From Azolla caroliniana (lineage: Eukaryota > Plantae > Polypodiophyta), in the NCBI GenBank assembly GCA_043228905.1, contig JBHGNT010000015.1:7998001-8062000 (forward strand): a stretch of DNA of 64,000 nt, given 5' to 3'. Of this stretch, positions 1 to 12,824 are shown piece after piece. The position numbers and the translations under genes are program-made. Below the pieces are notes generated by a model, which had not been told where the DNA came from, ran no database searches, and saw only the letters and a program-made list of their open reading frames with translations. Numbering within the stretch: the first letter of the stretch is position 1; each line of letters starts with the position of its first letter.

Positions 1-680
1 TACTGTATGCACCGGCAGTCAGCTCCCTCATGTACGCGATGGTCGCGACACGGCCTGATATTTCTCACGTCGTAGGAGTCGTCTGTAGATTCATGCACAA
101 CCTCGGGCGATCATACTGGAACACAGTCAAGCATGTGTTCAGATATCTAGCTGGCACAAAAGACCACGACATTCTTTTCGGCCCGAACTCAACCTCAGGC
201 GTAGTCGGTTACACCGACTCGGACTTCGCCGACTATGTGAACAGTCGAAAATCAACAACCGGATATTGTTTCAAATTCGGCAATGGAGCAATCTCGTAGA
301 AGTCAAAACTTCAGGAGTGCACAACCACCTCAACGACCGAAGCGGAATATGTAGTTGCGTCCGACGCGGCAAAAGAAGCTTTATGGCTCGGTCGGCTAGC
401 GCACACATTTCAACAGGTCGACTCCGACTCGGCTCCGGTTGTCTACAGCGACAGTCAGGGTGTTGTTGCTTTATCAAAAAATCCGGTTCACCACAACGCC
501 TCTAAGCATATCGACGTTCGATATCACTTCGTTCGGGACTGCGTCATTTCAGGGAGAATTGGTCTCGAGAAGATATCCACAACCGATAACGTCGCAGATG
601 GAATGACCAAGTGTCTTTCAGCGGATCGTTTCCGGTCCCTTCGGCGCCAGATGGGTGTAACGAAAAATCGGTCCAATTAA
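1..680 (+). mobile_element. Ty1/copia pol 3' end (RT C-terminus + RNase H), degenerate
   Basis: Translation gives SLMYAMVATRPDIS...GYTDSDFA...RKSTTGY...STTEAEY...SKHIDVRYHFVRD, the hallmark copia RT/RNase H motifs; in-frame stop at 297-299. Confidence 0.92.
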
Positions 681-880
681 AGTCGAACACACAGCACAAG
701 ATAGTTTCGGACCACCAACATCGGTTCTTTGAGGATCGGCTTTAGCTCTTCCGACCTGACCGGTTCGGTCCTGTGTCTTCAGATCTTGCCGACTCTGACA
801 AAACCGATCTGTCCGATAAACCTTGTATATATAGTTGTAATTCTTTAAGATAACCCATGTATACGCCCATTACGGGGGAG

Positions 881-1175
881 TGTCGAATACGAGTGTATAA
901 TGGCCGTATTCACACTGTCCCTTTGGATAGCCCAAGTTCAGGCTATTTCTGTAAATAGCATAAAGGGCACTTGCCCTAGGATAGTCACTATATAAAGTGA
1001 CTTTGTAACCTTTAGTGAAGGTTGGTTGTCATTTGTAACTGTTGCTGTTAGAATATAACGTTTCCTTTGTGTGTCTCTCTCTCTCCCTCTGTGTCTATCT
1101 TGCTCGTGCATACACACGTTCTTCTTCATCACGAATGTTGCTTGCACTTCCGCATTGACGGCCTTGTCCCCAACA
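881..1175 (+). mobile_element. 3' LTR of the copia element (PPT at ~871-880)
   Basis: Purine tract ACGGGGGAG directly precedes TGTCGA...; TATA-like TATATAAA at ~989; ends ...CCCCAACA, after which LINE-derived sequence begins. Confidence 0.8.
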
Positions 1176-1370
1176 ATTAGGACCCTCTCCCACCCTCTCC
1201 AAACTATTTGATACCCCGGATGTAAAGAGACTAGGTAGGTATATCTTAGAGCTAAAACAACATAGGGAGAATAAATTACAAAGTGTTAACCATAACCCTT
1301 TTACTATTCATCAACTTGTAACTAGTGTAACTTTTCAAGAACAAGGGGAGATGATGAATGTGGATACACT
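1176..1370 (+). mobile_element. LINE 3' fragment (same family as 57400-58060), interrupted by the copia element
   Basis: Close match to ~57864-58056 (attaggac..ctctcccaccctctccaaacta...gatgatgaatgtggatacact). Confidence 0.8.
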
Positions 1371-1849
1371 TACGCTGCTCGGCCTCTCTCTTGAGGAAGC
1401 CGAAATGCAAAGAACAACCAAACGCCCTCGGATGTTGGGCTCCAAAACAAGTCGACACGGAGTAGAAAGGATTAAGAAGAAAAGGGAATGTGAGCTACGT
1501 TGACTAGAAGCTATGGTTGGGGTACCTTTTACATTGGGGCCACGGGTCACATCCACATCGAAACCCTTTGACATCCCGCTTCTCTTTGAGAGACTTGGAT
1601 GGAAATGAAATTAGGCCTAGTATAACATCATTTTCATTGTAGAACTTGTTTGTTATTTTACTATAACTATTTAGCTTAAAACTCTTTTTTTATTTTTTAT
1701 TTTTTACTTTCGATGAATGGGTAAATATCCCATTTTTTGTTGTAAACCATTTGTCTCATGGGCCAATTTTGGCCTTAGAAGATGTTAATATATCTTTCTT
1801 TCTTTCTCTTTTTCGACCCATGCTTTTGCGGTTTTGCAGATTTCATCTT

Positions 1850-3545
1850 GGGCCTCCTAGTCCGATGCCTTCACTTGATTGTGTGTGGTCACTTGTTGTA
1901 CGTCCCTGGTGATGGTGTTGATAGCTAGTCCCTTACCTTTGTCCTGTCGCGGACACTAAGTAGCGTAATGCCCTGGTTGCGGGAAGATAAAGCAATGTAC
2001 GCTTGATTCGCCCCTTTCAACTAACGATGGAGCAACTGGTTCTAGCAGCCGCTCAGGCTCGTCCCGAGATCGCAGTTGATACTGATAATGCAGTGTATTA
2101 CGTGGTTTTCGGCGATAATCACGACGGTTGTTATTCAATGGCCTCCGACGGTCGTTGTCCGAGCTGTCATCGCATGGGCGAGGATTCGGAGGATGTCGGT
2201 CGCCCCCATCGTCCCTTGGTTCAGTTTGTCCACTCCTGTTGTTCGTAGGATGTCAATCATCATAACAAGGTTTGTACCTATTGTCGAAACGATCTCCTCG
2301 TCGATAGTCGTCTTCCCGAAGATCCTTGTCGTTCCAATACCGATCGTTGTACTGTCGAGGTCACTCATTATAGCGGGGGCGTTCCGCATTCTTGTATTGA
2401 TCGTCTTGGCGGAATCGATCATTCGACTACCTTCCGATATATTGTGGTTTGATTCGCCGAATTGCTGCCATGGGCCAATTTAGGAGGTTATACTTGCATT
2501 ATTCCACAATATGTGCCCGGTAGTGGCATATTCGATAGTGTGCTCGCATGTTACAGTCAACGGCCGAGTGTCCTGGGTTGAGGCAGATAATACATTGAAT
2601 GGTCTGCCAAAACCTAAGTTCGTCATCCCTTGGTAGGGCTTGCTGTAAGGAAGTCATCGACATGCTTCCACTCATTTGTTCGGTGTCGAAATGGAGTACT
2701 CAGTCAATCACGTTGTTGGATGTTTGTCCCATGAAGTCAAGCATGGCTAGGGTCATGCGTATTGGCTCTCGCAAGGCTGCTAGAAAGGTCTCCTTGGCCT
2801 CATCTTCCATGAGCAGTTGCGTTAACTAGCTCTAGAGATTTTGGAAGCGGATCACAAATTTGGAGATGGGTTCATGGCCATACTGTCGTATCGAGTAAAA
2901 TTGACTAATGATTTCGCGTTGTGGAATGCGGTGATGGAAAAATCGAAGGAACACCATCCGTAATTGTTTGAAAGTCATAAACGTGGCCACGTCATGTTGC
3001 GAATGCCACCTCATTACTTAGTCGTCCAAGGATAACCCAAACTCTGCGATTTTCGACACATTGGCATCGGCCTCCGCAAGTCGTTGTGACACTTGGTTGG
3101 CTTGCCACATGTTGAGGAATGACCTCACATGTGCCTCTGCATCGGCTTCACCTTTGTAACAAGGATATGGGAACGTCATGATGTCAGAGTCGTAGAGACC
3201 AAAACTATCATGAGCACGGTCCGAAGTGAGTGGTGTGTGGTTACTGCTATGGTCGGCCTCCCAACTACTGTCGTTGGTAGTTTTGATGTCTTGGGGGCTT
3301 TTGGAGAGGACCTCTTGTTTGATGGGGCTTTGCTCAGTGATCGAGGACTCGACCACATTTTCGTCATGGTTCGGTAAGGAAACGTCTATTCGCAACTGTT
3401 CTAAAGCAAGCTCTGCCGCATGTCGGGATTCCACCCGAGTCTAAGGTTTGTCTCTTCATGATGTTGTCTCTTTGCTGCCTTGTCGGCTAGACGACATCCA
3501 TTTCCCAATGTTCTCTGTGTACTCACAGATCGACCAGGCATGCCA
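1850..3545 (-). mobile_element. Degenerate Ty3/gypsy gag region (lineage of element C), with PBS at 3533-3545 and LTR end at ~3550
   Basis: Minus-strand ORFs FPYPCYKGEADAEAHVRSFLNMWQANQVSQRL...KIAEFGLSL and FLRFFH...QFYSIRQ...FVIRFQNL match the gag at 39270-39620; the minus strand reads ...GTAGCA-CTTT-TGGCATGCCTGGT (decayed tRNA-Arg PBS). Confidence 0.8.
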
Positions 3546-4821
3546 AAAGTGCTACCGTGTTTGGTAACACAATGTCGAATATCTGATCCTTTGTCTATTC
3601 GATTCAAGGTCTTGTGTTCAAGGAAAAGGGTTAGCACCGCTTCGAATCGTTCGAAGATTCCAAACGGTATGCATTTAGCGTATGAATCGAACAGAGAATG
3701 ATTGCGCGACTGTGGAGATGACCCGAGCCGGCTACAATTGACTAGTTACACAACGTTTACACAGAACATGGAAGACTCAACACAATGAAATTATGACACA
3801 ATATTTTACTCAGAGTATCAGGGGAAAAGAGAATTCTATTAAAAATGCAATGATACAGTATAGTTCAACCCCCTTACAAGCTTTCCATGGTCCCTTTTAC
3901 TAAAGGAACTATACTCAGTTCCTATCCTTGTACCAAAAGGGGCGCTACCATGGGTTGGGATAGCCAATCCCAAGAGGTAGTCCCAATAGACTACCCAAAC
4001 AACTAGTCCAATGACCATATCTTGGCCTATGCAAGGAGGAGACCCTCCTCATTTTTGCTGATTCTTAATCAGATTTGAGTTCTACTCTCTCTCATTGTGA
4101 TCTTGAACACTCTGTAGCCCCTCATTATCTTTTGGTTTGTCCCAACATTGGGGCTATTGGAATCTTGTATCTCTTTCTTACAATATAAATAACCTTTTTG
4201 TTCCAATTCTCTTTGTCCCAACCCACTCGTGTTTTTGTGCGTTTCGAGACCCCCATAACCTAGGGGCATAACAATGAATGTGCTTGTTTGGAGGGTCATG
4301 TTAGGCGGGATCGCATTGGTTGGTTTTGATAACAGTTTCTTTTGTATAATGGTTTCTATAACACCCAATTGCAAGGGCTATTTGGGATTTGATATTCTAA
4401 ATTTGGATTGGAGATCCACAATGACTGCGTATCGATGGGGGCTTTGGCTTTGGCTATTCGACCACCTGTCATCACACTCTTAGAAGGTGGTGTTTCCTTT
4501 ATCAAGTCCAGCAACTTTGTGGCATAACTAGTGCAACTGTAAAAGTTTTCTTTTTTGTTCGATGGGTAAAGTGGAGTTTGGTTCAACATGTTTGGCATTT
4601 TGCAACACATGTTGATACTAGCGAATCATGGAATTCTCGTATCTTCGACATGCAAACGAGATGGCATCGGGTGAGTAGTCAGTCATAGAGGTTATGACAA
4701 CCGTCGAACCAACCAAGTAAGTAAGTCATCACCAAGGGTCACAGAAAACATATCGTGTTCATGTAACAAACGGTTCATTTTGTGTAAGGGCCTCCCTCCC
4801 TCCCTCATGCTTTTGGGATTT

Positions 4822-4822
<1 letters not shown>

Positions 4823-4863
<41 letters not shown>

Positions 4864-5336
4864 AGGAAGGTAGTGAGTGGAAGGATGGATGGATGAATGA
4901 ATGAAGGAGCCGGAGGAACTCCCCCCCCCTCTCCCCTCCCCTCCCCTCTTTCGGACCTCCAGCCCCAGCCCCAGCCCCAGCCCGAGAAAGAGAAAGAGAA
5001 AGAGAAAGAGAAAGTGGGAGAGAAGGGAAGGAAAGGCGACCGATCCCCCCCCCCCCCCCTCCTCTCTCTCTCTGTCTCGCTGTGTCTCCTTCCTTCTTCT
5101 TTTGTGGCGATCGCTCAGGGTCAAACCAAACCTTCTTCTTCTTCTTCTTCTTCTTTCTTCTTCCTCATGAGAGAGAGAGAGAGAGAGAGAGAGAGCTGTT
5201 TTGCTGATTCCATGGCCCTAGTAGGCTTTCTGCTCACACGCTTCTCTGTCTTCATCGGCTTCCGCAGAGCCTGGGCTAACAACTCAGCGTTCAGGCCCAA
5301 TCTCAATATTATTATTAGTGTTGTTGCTGCTTGAAT

Positions 5337-5383
<47 letters not shown>

Positions 5384-5582
5384 TTCTTCATCCATCCATC
5401 CATCCATCCATCCATCCATCCTTGGAGGTTCAACAAGGATGATGTATTTCATCCAGATCGCTCAAACAACCACAGAAGACAAAGCCTCGCACATTAAGCA
5501 CCAGCACCAGCACCAGCACCTCCACGTCTTTTCTCCTCCTCCTCCTCCTCCTCCTCCTATTCCTTCTTCTTCTTCTTCTTCC
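4823..5582. repeat. Microsatellite cluster upstream of YAK1: (GT)n, (GGAT)n, (GAGAAA)n, (CTT)n, (GA)n, (CT)n, (CCAT)n, (CCT)n
   Basis: Directly visible simple repeats. Confidence 0.95.
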
Positions 5583-5699
5583 TCAACTGCGCTTCTTCTC
5601 AGGGATTCCCTACAAATCAGGCTTCTGCCCCTCGGGGGACACACCAATCACTCTTATAATTAAAGGTACCTTATTTTGCAGCCAGGTTTCAGGGTTTGA

Positions 5700-8600
5700 A
5701 TGGAGGTGGTTGCAGAGATTGAACAGAGACAGGAGGAGGATGGAAGAGGAGGATGGAATCTTTCGTCATCAGGGCGTCATGCTTTCAGAGCTTATGTTCC
5801 ATCTTCTTCTTCTTCTTCTCACACAGATCGTTCTCAGCTCCTCACCACACGACGCCCCCCTCGCCTTCTTGTTGACCACCCAGTAAGTCTCCCTTCTTCC
5901 ATCCCTCGTTCATGATTTCATTCTTCTTCTTTCATTTTCTCTTGCTGAAATTTGATGTGTATTTGAGAAGAGGTCCAGGTATGGTTTCAAGCAGGGTATG
6001 TAATGCAACTCAATATGTCCATTGAGAGCGAGACATTGATTTTGCTTCCTCTATAAGCTGTTCCTTTCTTTCCGATTTATCATTTGGCTTGTAGATTGTG
6101 TAGAAGATCACTAGGATTATGGTCGGAACCATAAGAGACTTATGATTGTGAGTCCTTTGCATGAATTATAGAAAGACATTTGGTTTAGGATTATTATTTA
6201 GTTTCTCGATTGTTCCCAGAAGCTTAAGAGGAAAATTAGAAATTGCTGAAAGCATATCAAAGCTAGGATTTTGCTTCCTTCTGGATGTTATTAGAGACTT
6301 TTTGGTTTCAGATAAGTTTTCTTGCCTCTATATGGTGGGGAAGCCAACTGTGGACATCTTTAAAGCATATGAAAGCTGCAATTCCCTCATCTTTATTCTA
6401 GGATTCATAATGACTGGTTTGATTTCGGGTTGTTTGTTGGGATCATAGATTGTGGTGAAACTTACAAAGGATATTGTTGAAACATATCAAAGTTGTCATT
6501 CATCGTTCGCGTACTCAGAGGCTTATAATCCACCTAAACGATATTTGACCAATCCGTCAAATCCTGTATCAAATGGAGGGCTTGATAACGAGAACTCTGA
6601 TCTCATTCTTGCTGTGAATGGTGTCCTTATTAATGGAGATACAAACCACAGGTTAGTGATGGTCTTTCACGAAGTCTCTGTAATGGGTAAGTAAGATAGT
6701 ATATCTAAATCATCTATTGGCATGCAGATATATCATAAAAGAACTACTAGGCCAGGGTACATTTGGACAGGTTGCCAAATGCTGGGCAGAACAGATGGAA
6801 TCTTTTGTTGCAGTGAAGATCATAAAAAATCAGCCAGCATATAGACAACAAGCACTTGTAGAAATCTCAATCTTAAATATGGTATACTTTCAAAGGATGT
6901 CACGTTGTCAGGACCGTAGTGTAATTGTTTTCTTGAAAATTTTAAAAAATCTTAAAACTAAGATGGGGAAAACTTTTCTGGATGCAGCTGAATGAAAAAT
7001 ATGATCCTGAGGATAGGAACCACATAGTTCGGATTATTGAACATTTTGTGCATCAGGAGCATCTTTGTATTGTGTTTGAGATGCTTGGTATGAACCTGTA
7101 AGTTTCTTGATACCAAACTTTCTCGCATTAAAAGTAACAGTGCTTCTGCACTGGAAATATCTTTGTAATGTCGAGGGAGGGCTAACCAACCTTTGCACTC
7201 TAATATCTCCAGATTTGAACTCCTCAAAGCCAATAGTCTTAAGGGATTATCTTTGAACCTCATTCGAAATTTCACCAAACAGGCAAGATTGAATCATTTC
7301 CGGAAACAAGCATGTTATGCGCGCATTATGTGATTCTGCTTTACAAATGATGCTGCACACAATGATTTTATACATGTGAATCTACGTGCTTATCTTGTCT
7401 TGCAGATCCTGACGGCTCTGTCAGTTCTCCGTGACGCTAGTGTAATACATTGTGATCTAAAGCCAGAGAATATTCTTCTCACAACCCGGTTTGCATTATT
7501 TTTGTTTATTAAAGTTGATTACGGTCCTGTTTATACTTCTTCTTATCTTTCTGATCATTGTTGCAGCTTGGAATCTGCTGAACTCAAACTTATTGATTTT
7601 GGATCAGCATGCAGGGAATTCAGGACAGTTTATTCTTACATCCAGGTACAGATTTATGCCTCTTTGAATATAGAACCAGAAATCTTATCCTCACTGTAAC
7701 TGATGGTGATGGTGTATGGCAGAGCCGATTCTATAGATCTCCTGAAGTGGTTATTGGTCATGAGTATCCTAATTCAGGCAGTGTATAGTATAGGGACTCT
7801 ATTTGTGTTTGTCTTCACAATATTTCACTAATTAAAGCTCTTTATAGTTTTATGCTTTTTTAATATGTTGCACTTATTTCTGAGAATGTTCACGATGTAC
7901 TTCTTTGTTAATGTAGGTAAATGTATGCAAATGCTTGTTTTTAAAAACCCAAAGGAATATATTCATGTCTTGCAGTAAAGGTGAAAGCAAAACTCAAATG
8001 AATATGAAGAACTGCAATCAGTCTTTTCTTGCTGGCATAATCTGGCTTCTTCCAGATCATTGAAGAAACTTGACCTTTTATTAGATCAATTTTTTGAGCA
8101 GGTGGCTCCATTTAAGAAAATAAAGATAGGGATAACTCCATTGCTATAAAAACTATTCACTTGTCACCTGGAATTCTGAAATTTCACTTTTAACTATTCT
8201 CATTCTACCTGATGTTTGACAGTAGTGGTATTTTGTACATTGTTTTTATGAAGAAAAGGCTGCTTTGAGCTCATCTAATGTGTTTGTTGAGGAAGCTTCT
8301 TGAGAATTTGAGACCTTGACTTAATAGAAGATATACGACTGCAATCGATATGTGGTCGTTTGGATGTGTTGCTGCAGAGCTCTTTTTGGGCTTACCTTTA
8401 TTTCCAGCACAATCTCAATATGATCTCCTACAGCGCATGATTAAGATTCTTGGGTGAGCTACTTGTGCACTCTTTTCGTCAATCAAATATGCTAGTTTTA
8501 GCTACTGTAAGTGTATGAAATCCTGAAATATAGATGTTCCAGTTAAAGTTCTCTTGTACAATTCTCCTGATACTATGGATAACTTTTGAAGGCTTTGAAC

Positions 8601-11600
8601 TTTCTGTTATGTAAGTCTTCCCGGCCATTAGTTATTGCTGCCTGGCTTTAGTAATTAGGCTTCGTGTTAGGGGTGGGCTTGATTGATGCGAACTTTTATA
8701 CTGGGGATGTCCTTTGTTGAAACTCGTCAAGCATAAGGCAGCACATTACTTTCCAGCAAATAGAACATCCTCATAGTGTAGGGAAACCATGGTTCTTGCA
8801 GCCTAAAATGGAAGGAGCGTTTCAGTTATTTTTTGTATCTTGAGAAGTTGACAATTCTGGTGTACATCTTGGATCAAATTCCTGAAACTTCGTTTGTGAT
8901 AGATATGGTCATGGTGTGGCAAAAATTTAACTTCATTAATTGACGTAATGAAAATGATAACAATTTACTGCATGGCCTTTCACACATGCAGCGTAGTGAT
9001 GCTGAGGATATAAGCATGGTAGATCAATGTGGCAAAGAAAGAAAGATTTACTGATGTCTTTCATGAAGGCTAAAATGGCCTATGACATCAAATGGGTGAT
9101 TACATCTTATTTACTGATGTCTTTCATGAAGGCTAAAATGGCCTATGACATCAAATGGGAGATTACATCTTAAAATGTTATCTGAACTTTGAGAAATAAA
9201 CGAAAAAGAAGAAAGAAAATGAAAACTAAGGAAAGGTAAGAAAAATAAGGAAAGAAAGAAGGCACATTTAGGTTGATACACCAAATCTATACATATGGTA
9301 TATCTATGGGGAAAAAGGGGTTGAACCCCTCCTACTCTAAAGTGAAGAGATTCAACAAGACCACTTGAATATATAGTCATCAAATGGGAGATTACATCTT
9401 AAAATGTTATCTCAACTTTGAGCAATAAACGAAAAAGAAGAAAGAAAATGAAAACTAAGGAAAGGTAAGAAAAATAAGGAAAGAAAGAAGCCACATTTAG
9501 GTTGATACACCAAATCTATACATATGGTATATTTATGGGGAAAAAGGGGTTGAACCCCTACTCTAAAGTGAAGAGATTCAACGAGACCACTATATAGTCA
9601 TCATACCATTTCATAAATTTTGATCCCATATGCCCCCCCTCCCCCATTGCATATATAAATGGCATTTCGTGTCTGAAGGAAACACAGAAACATCCATGAA
9701 GCGATGTTTCGTGCATACTTATAATATATAGTCATCATTCTATTTCATAAATTTTGATCCCATATGCCCCCCCCCTCTCCCATTGTATATAAATGGCATT
9801 TCGTGTCTGAAGGAAACACAAACATCCATGAAGCAATGTTTCGTGCATATATATAATTTTGATAAAAGAAAAAGTTTACCAATAAAATTTAAACGTCTCC
9901 ATAATACTTTGGAACCCATAAATTGGGATTAGATTAGATTAGATGTTTGTGTCATGTCCTGTCATTATATGAGTTAAATAATGTTTATTTGTGCTTTATC
10001 TCAATGTGTGTTCAACATTACGTAACTTTCCTTGTTTTAGAGATAAGCCACCTGACCATATTCTCCGAAATGCAAAGAATACAAGCAAGTATTTCAAGCA
10101 CACAGGAGGATCATCTCGGCACAGTGACTTAGGAGGACAGTATTCTACTTACCAGTTTTTGACTCCAGAGGAGTATGAATCTGTGAGTTCTTTTTACTTA
10201 TTGCGGTGCTAAATATTTGGAAACCTAGATTTCAGGTCCTCCGCGAAGTAATCAATATTATCTCAGAGCCAGTCAGCTTTCTAAGTGTGTCTAAAACATC
10301 TTTGCAGAGGGAGAAAGCCAAACCAGTTCTAGGGAAACATTACTTTGGTGAAGATGGGGATTTAAAACAAATAATCATGGGCTATCATATGAAAAGAGGG
10401 ATGCCTTCAGAAGAAATAGAGAAAGGTTTGAATCTATATATTGCTTTGAGTCTAATTTGTAATAGCCAGGTTTAAGTTTGTACATTTGCAGAACGGCATA
10501 AACGGCTTGTTTTCATGGATTTCCTCCGAGGCTTAGTTCACTTTGATCCTCTAAAGCGATGGACACCACAACAGGTAATCCTGGGTGGTCTGTCTTCAAT
10601 CTTGTAGGCTTTTTATGGATTGATTTGACTTTTGTGCATTAATATATAAGATAGGGACAGAAACCATTGTAGCACATGGCATATAGCCATAATGGTCAAG
10701 GTTTCATAAACCCAAAATCTGTCCTAAAAAGTGGCCAAGCCTTTCAAGAATTTTATTACTTGCAAGACACCCTATAGAAATATATATCGTTGTATTTTGT
10801 TTGAGACTTATTTGTGGCCAGGTATATTTTGTTCTCATTATCTGATGCTTTTTCTTTAACAGGCAGCACAGCATCCATTTGTTACGGAGGAACCATTTAT
10901 GGGTTCGTTTCAACCACCTTCTGAAGCCCCACGAATGGTAATTATGAAGGCATCAACTGTCTGGATGATTAATTATACAAGTTTTCATTTCTCCTAGCTA
11001 TCATCAGTAAAGATTGATTGTTATATTTATTGTTGGTTCCAGCCCATCCATCAGGGAATGGTTGTAGACCATAATCCAGTTTCAGGCCATTGGTTTGGTG
11101 CAGGACTTTCACTTCAGGTTGTTTATCTTGATTCTATTATTTCACCTTGCAGGCACAGTAAATGAAGCTTTGACATTATTTTCTTTGCCAGATTGTGTGA
11201 TGGCAGTGGTCCATTAAATATCTCTTGTACATTTATTTATATTATTGTTCTTGAAATACCTTTTATAGGCTAATCCTACTATTTTGCAATTTGGGAGTCC
11301 ACAATACCATGGGCACAACCTATCCTATGGGAGCAGCTACGGTAGTGTTGGAAGCTATGGGAGCTTTGGTGATGGAAATGGTGGACATGGCAATAGTTTT
11401 GGAAGTTATGGTGATCCTTCAGGTGTATACATGAACCACCGGACACTCTCTGCCATGGTTAATCCTGGCTTTGGAATCAGTCCAGATCCTAGGCGCAGAA
11501 TGGCTCATATGCCTGTGAATCATGCTTTGGGACATGCATATTTGGGGTTTAGCCCTTCAACCAGCTCATATATGCCAATGTCCTTGGGTGTAAGTCCCTC

Positions 11601-12824
11601 TAATTTCACTCCTCCAAGCTCTCACTTCCAGCATTCTCCTGGCTCCCCATCAACTGGATCTCCAAGAGGGTTTGGTCCCACCTCTCCAGCAAGGGGCGGT
11701 GCCCTAGGTAAAGCGGCAGCTTTGGGACAATATAGCAAGCGAATGGGTTGGGGATCGCCTGGATCGGGTACAAATCCAACTAGTGGAAATCGTAGTGCAG
11801 TTGCTGATAGCCCTACTTTCTGGCATGGTGGCCATCAAAATTCACCTTCAGGGAATGTTGAATCTCTTTCCAGTCCTCATGCTGAATCTCCTGTCCAGAG
11901 CAGCCAACTGGCTTCACCTCGCGGTTCATCTTATCATGCATCACAATTCAAACCCAGAAGTTCAAATCAAGCTTCTAAACATGCAAACTTTCTGCCAGCA
12001 AGTGCAGTAGTAATGCCGAAGATTCAATCAGCTTTAGTAGGTGGAGGCGACACATCACCACCATCTACTTCTGGTGATTTTAATCCTGAGTACAGGTATG
12101 ACAGACATCCTCATTGCTCGAGACGTTTTGGGGTGAGAAATACTATGTTTCTGCTCTGAATCTTATGTCATAATGCAGTGAGGAGTTGCTATTTGAGCAT
12201 GATGGAGGGGAGACTTTAGGTACCAATCTTGGTGCTACATCAAGCTCACTAGGAGCAATGGCTGGTGACGTGCATTTTCCTGGTTCCCTTAACCTAGATG
12301 ATCAAGCCACAAGAATGCATATGCCTCTACAGGAGGGATTGCAGTTTGCTGTTTTAAGGTAAAATCATCAACCAAATCACAATTGTGCTCTCTAATGGGT
12401 GCTAACTTATATTTATACTTGGAACTCATTCTAGACAAGGTGGTATGCTGGTGGAGAGCAATCCACATGTTTTCCCAAACTATGCATGGAGTTTAGCTAG
12501 GCCACCACACCATGGTCATCACTTCAACCAGATATCTCCTAGTAGACTTGGGCAGCAATCAGCGCAATCATTTCCTCATCTGCATCAGCAGCACCAAACA
12601 CAGTACCAGCCCAGTTCCAATCAATGGGAAGCACTTTCACATAACCAATACCATCCTCAGGGTAAGGCAGCACTTAAATCAAATGAATGTATATGATTTT
12701 CTATGTTTCTTAAAGACCATTCATTTCACATGATTTTTGTCGTGTCCTCTCATATTTTTAAACAGGCCAGAGAAATGGATCATTGAGTGTCGCCTTCCCC
12801 TCCCCTTTTCCTAGAAAAGATTGA
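5700..12824 (+). CDS. YAK1: DYRK-family dual-specificity protein kinase YAK1 homolog, ~18 exons: 5700-5882, 6449-6651, 6728-6881, 6988-7097, 7213-7282, 7406-7488, 7567-7645, 7723-7763, 8331-8453, 10041-10182, 10308-10425, 10492-10574, 10863-10937, 11043-11117, 11269-12095, 12179-12358, 12435-12661, 12766-12824
   Basis: Spliced translation: [86 protein letters not shown] (DYRK YxY loop), IDMWSFGC, then a long Ser/Gly/Pro-rich tail as in plant YAK1. Splice phases are consistent; the first and last exons are less certain. Confidence 0.93.
7283..7405 (+). other. GC-AG intron in YAK1
   Basis: AAACAG|GCAAGA donor and TTGCAG|ATCCTG acceptor restore the conserved FTKQ|IL. Confidence 0.85.
7764..8330 (+). 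other. U12-type (minor spliceosome) GT-AG intron in YAK1
   Basis: Donor GTATCCT; branch-site-like CCTTGAC at 8314-8320, 10 nt before the end of the intron; no polypyrimidine tract; splicing restores GHE|YTTAIDMW. Confidence 0.85.
9046..9850. repeat. Chain of three adjacent tandem duplications in YAK1 intron 9
   Basis: Approximately 9046-9108 ~ 9109-9171, 9151-9380 ~ 9381-9603 and 9591-9720 ~ 9726-9850, visible as near-identical direct repeats. Confidence 0.85.

Noticed and set aside
4759-5334. Protein-coding ORFs in the microsatellite region (also 18695-19297, 50119-50548, 58142-58474)
   Set aside because: Open frames arise from simple repeats; no recognisable domains.
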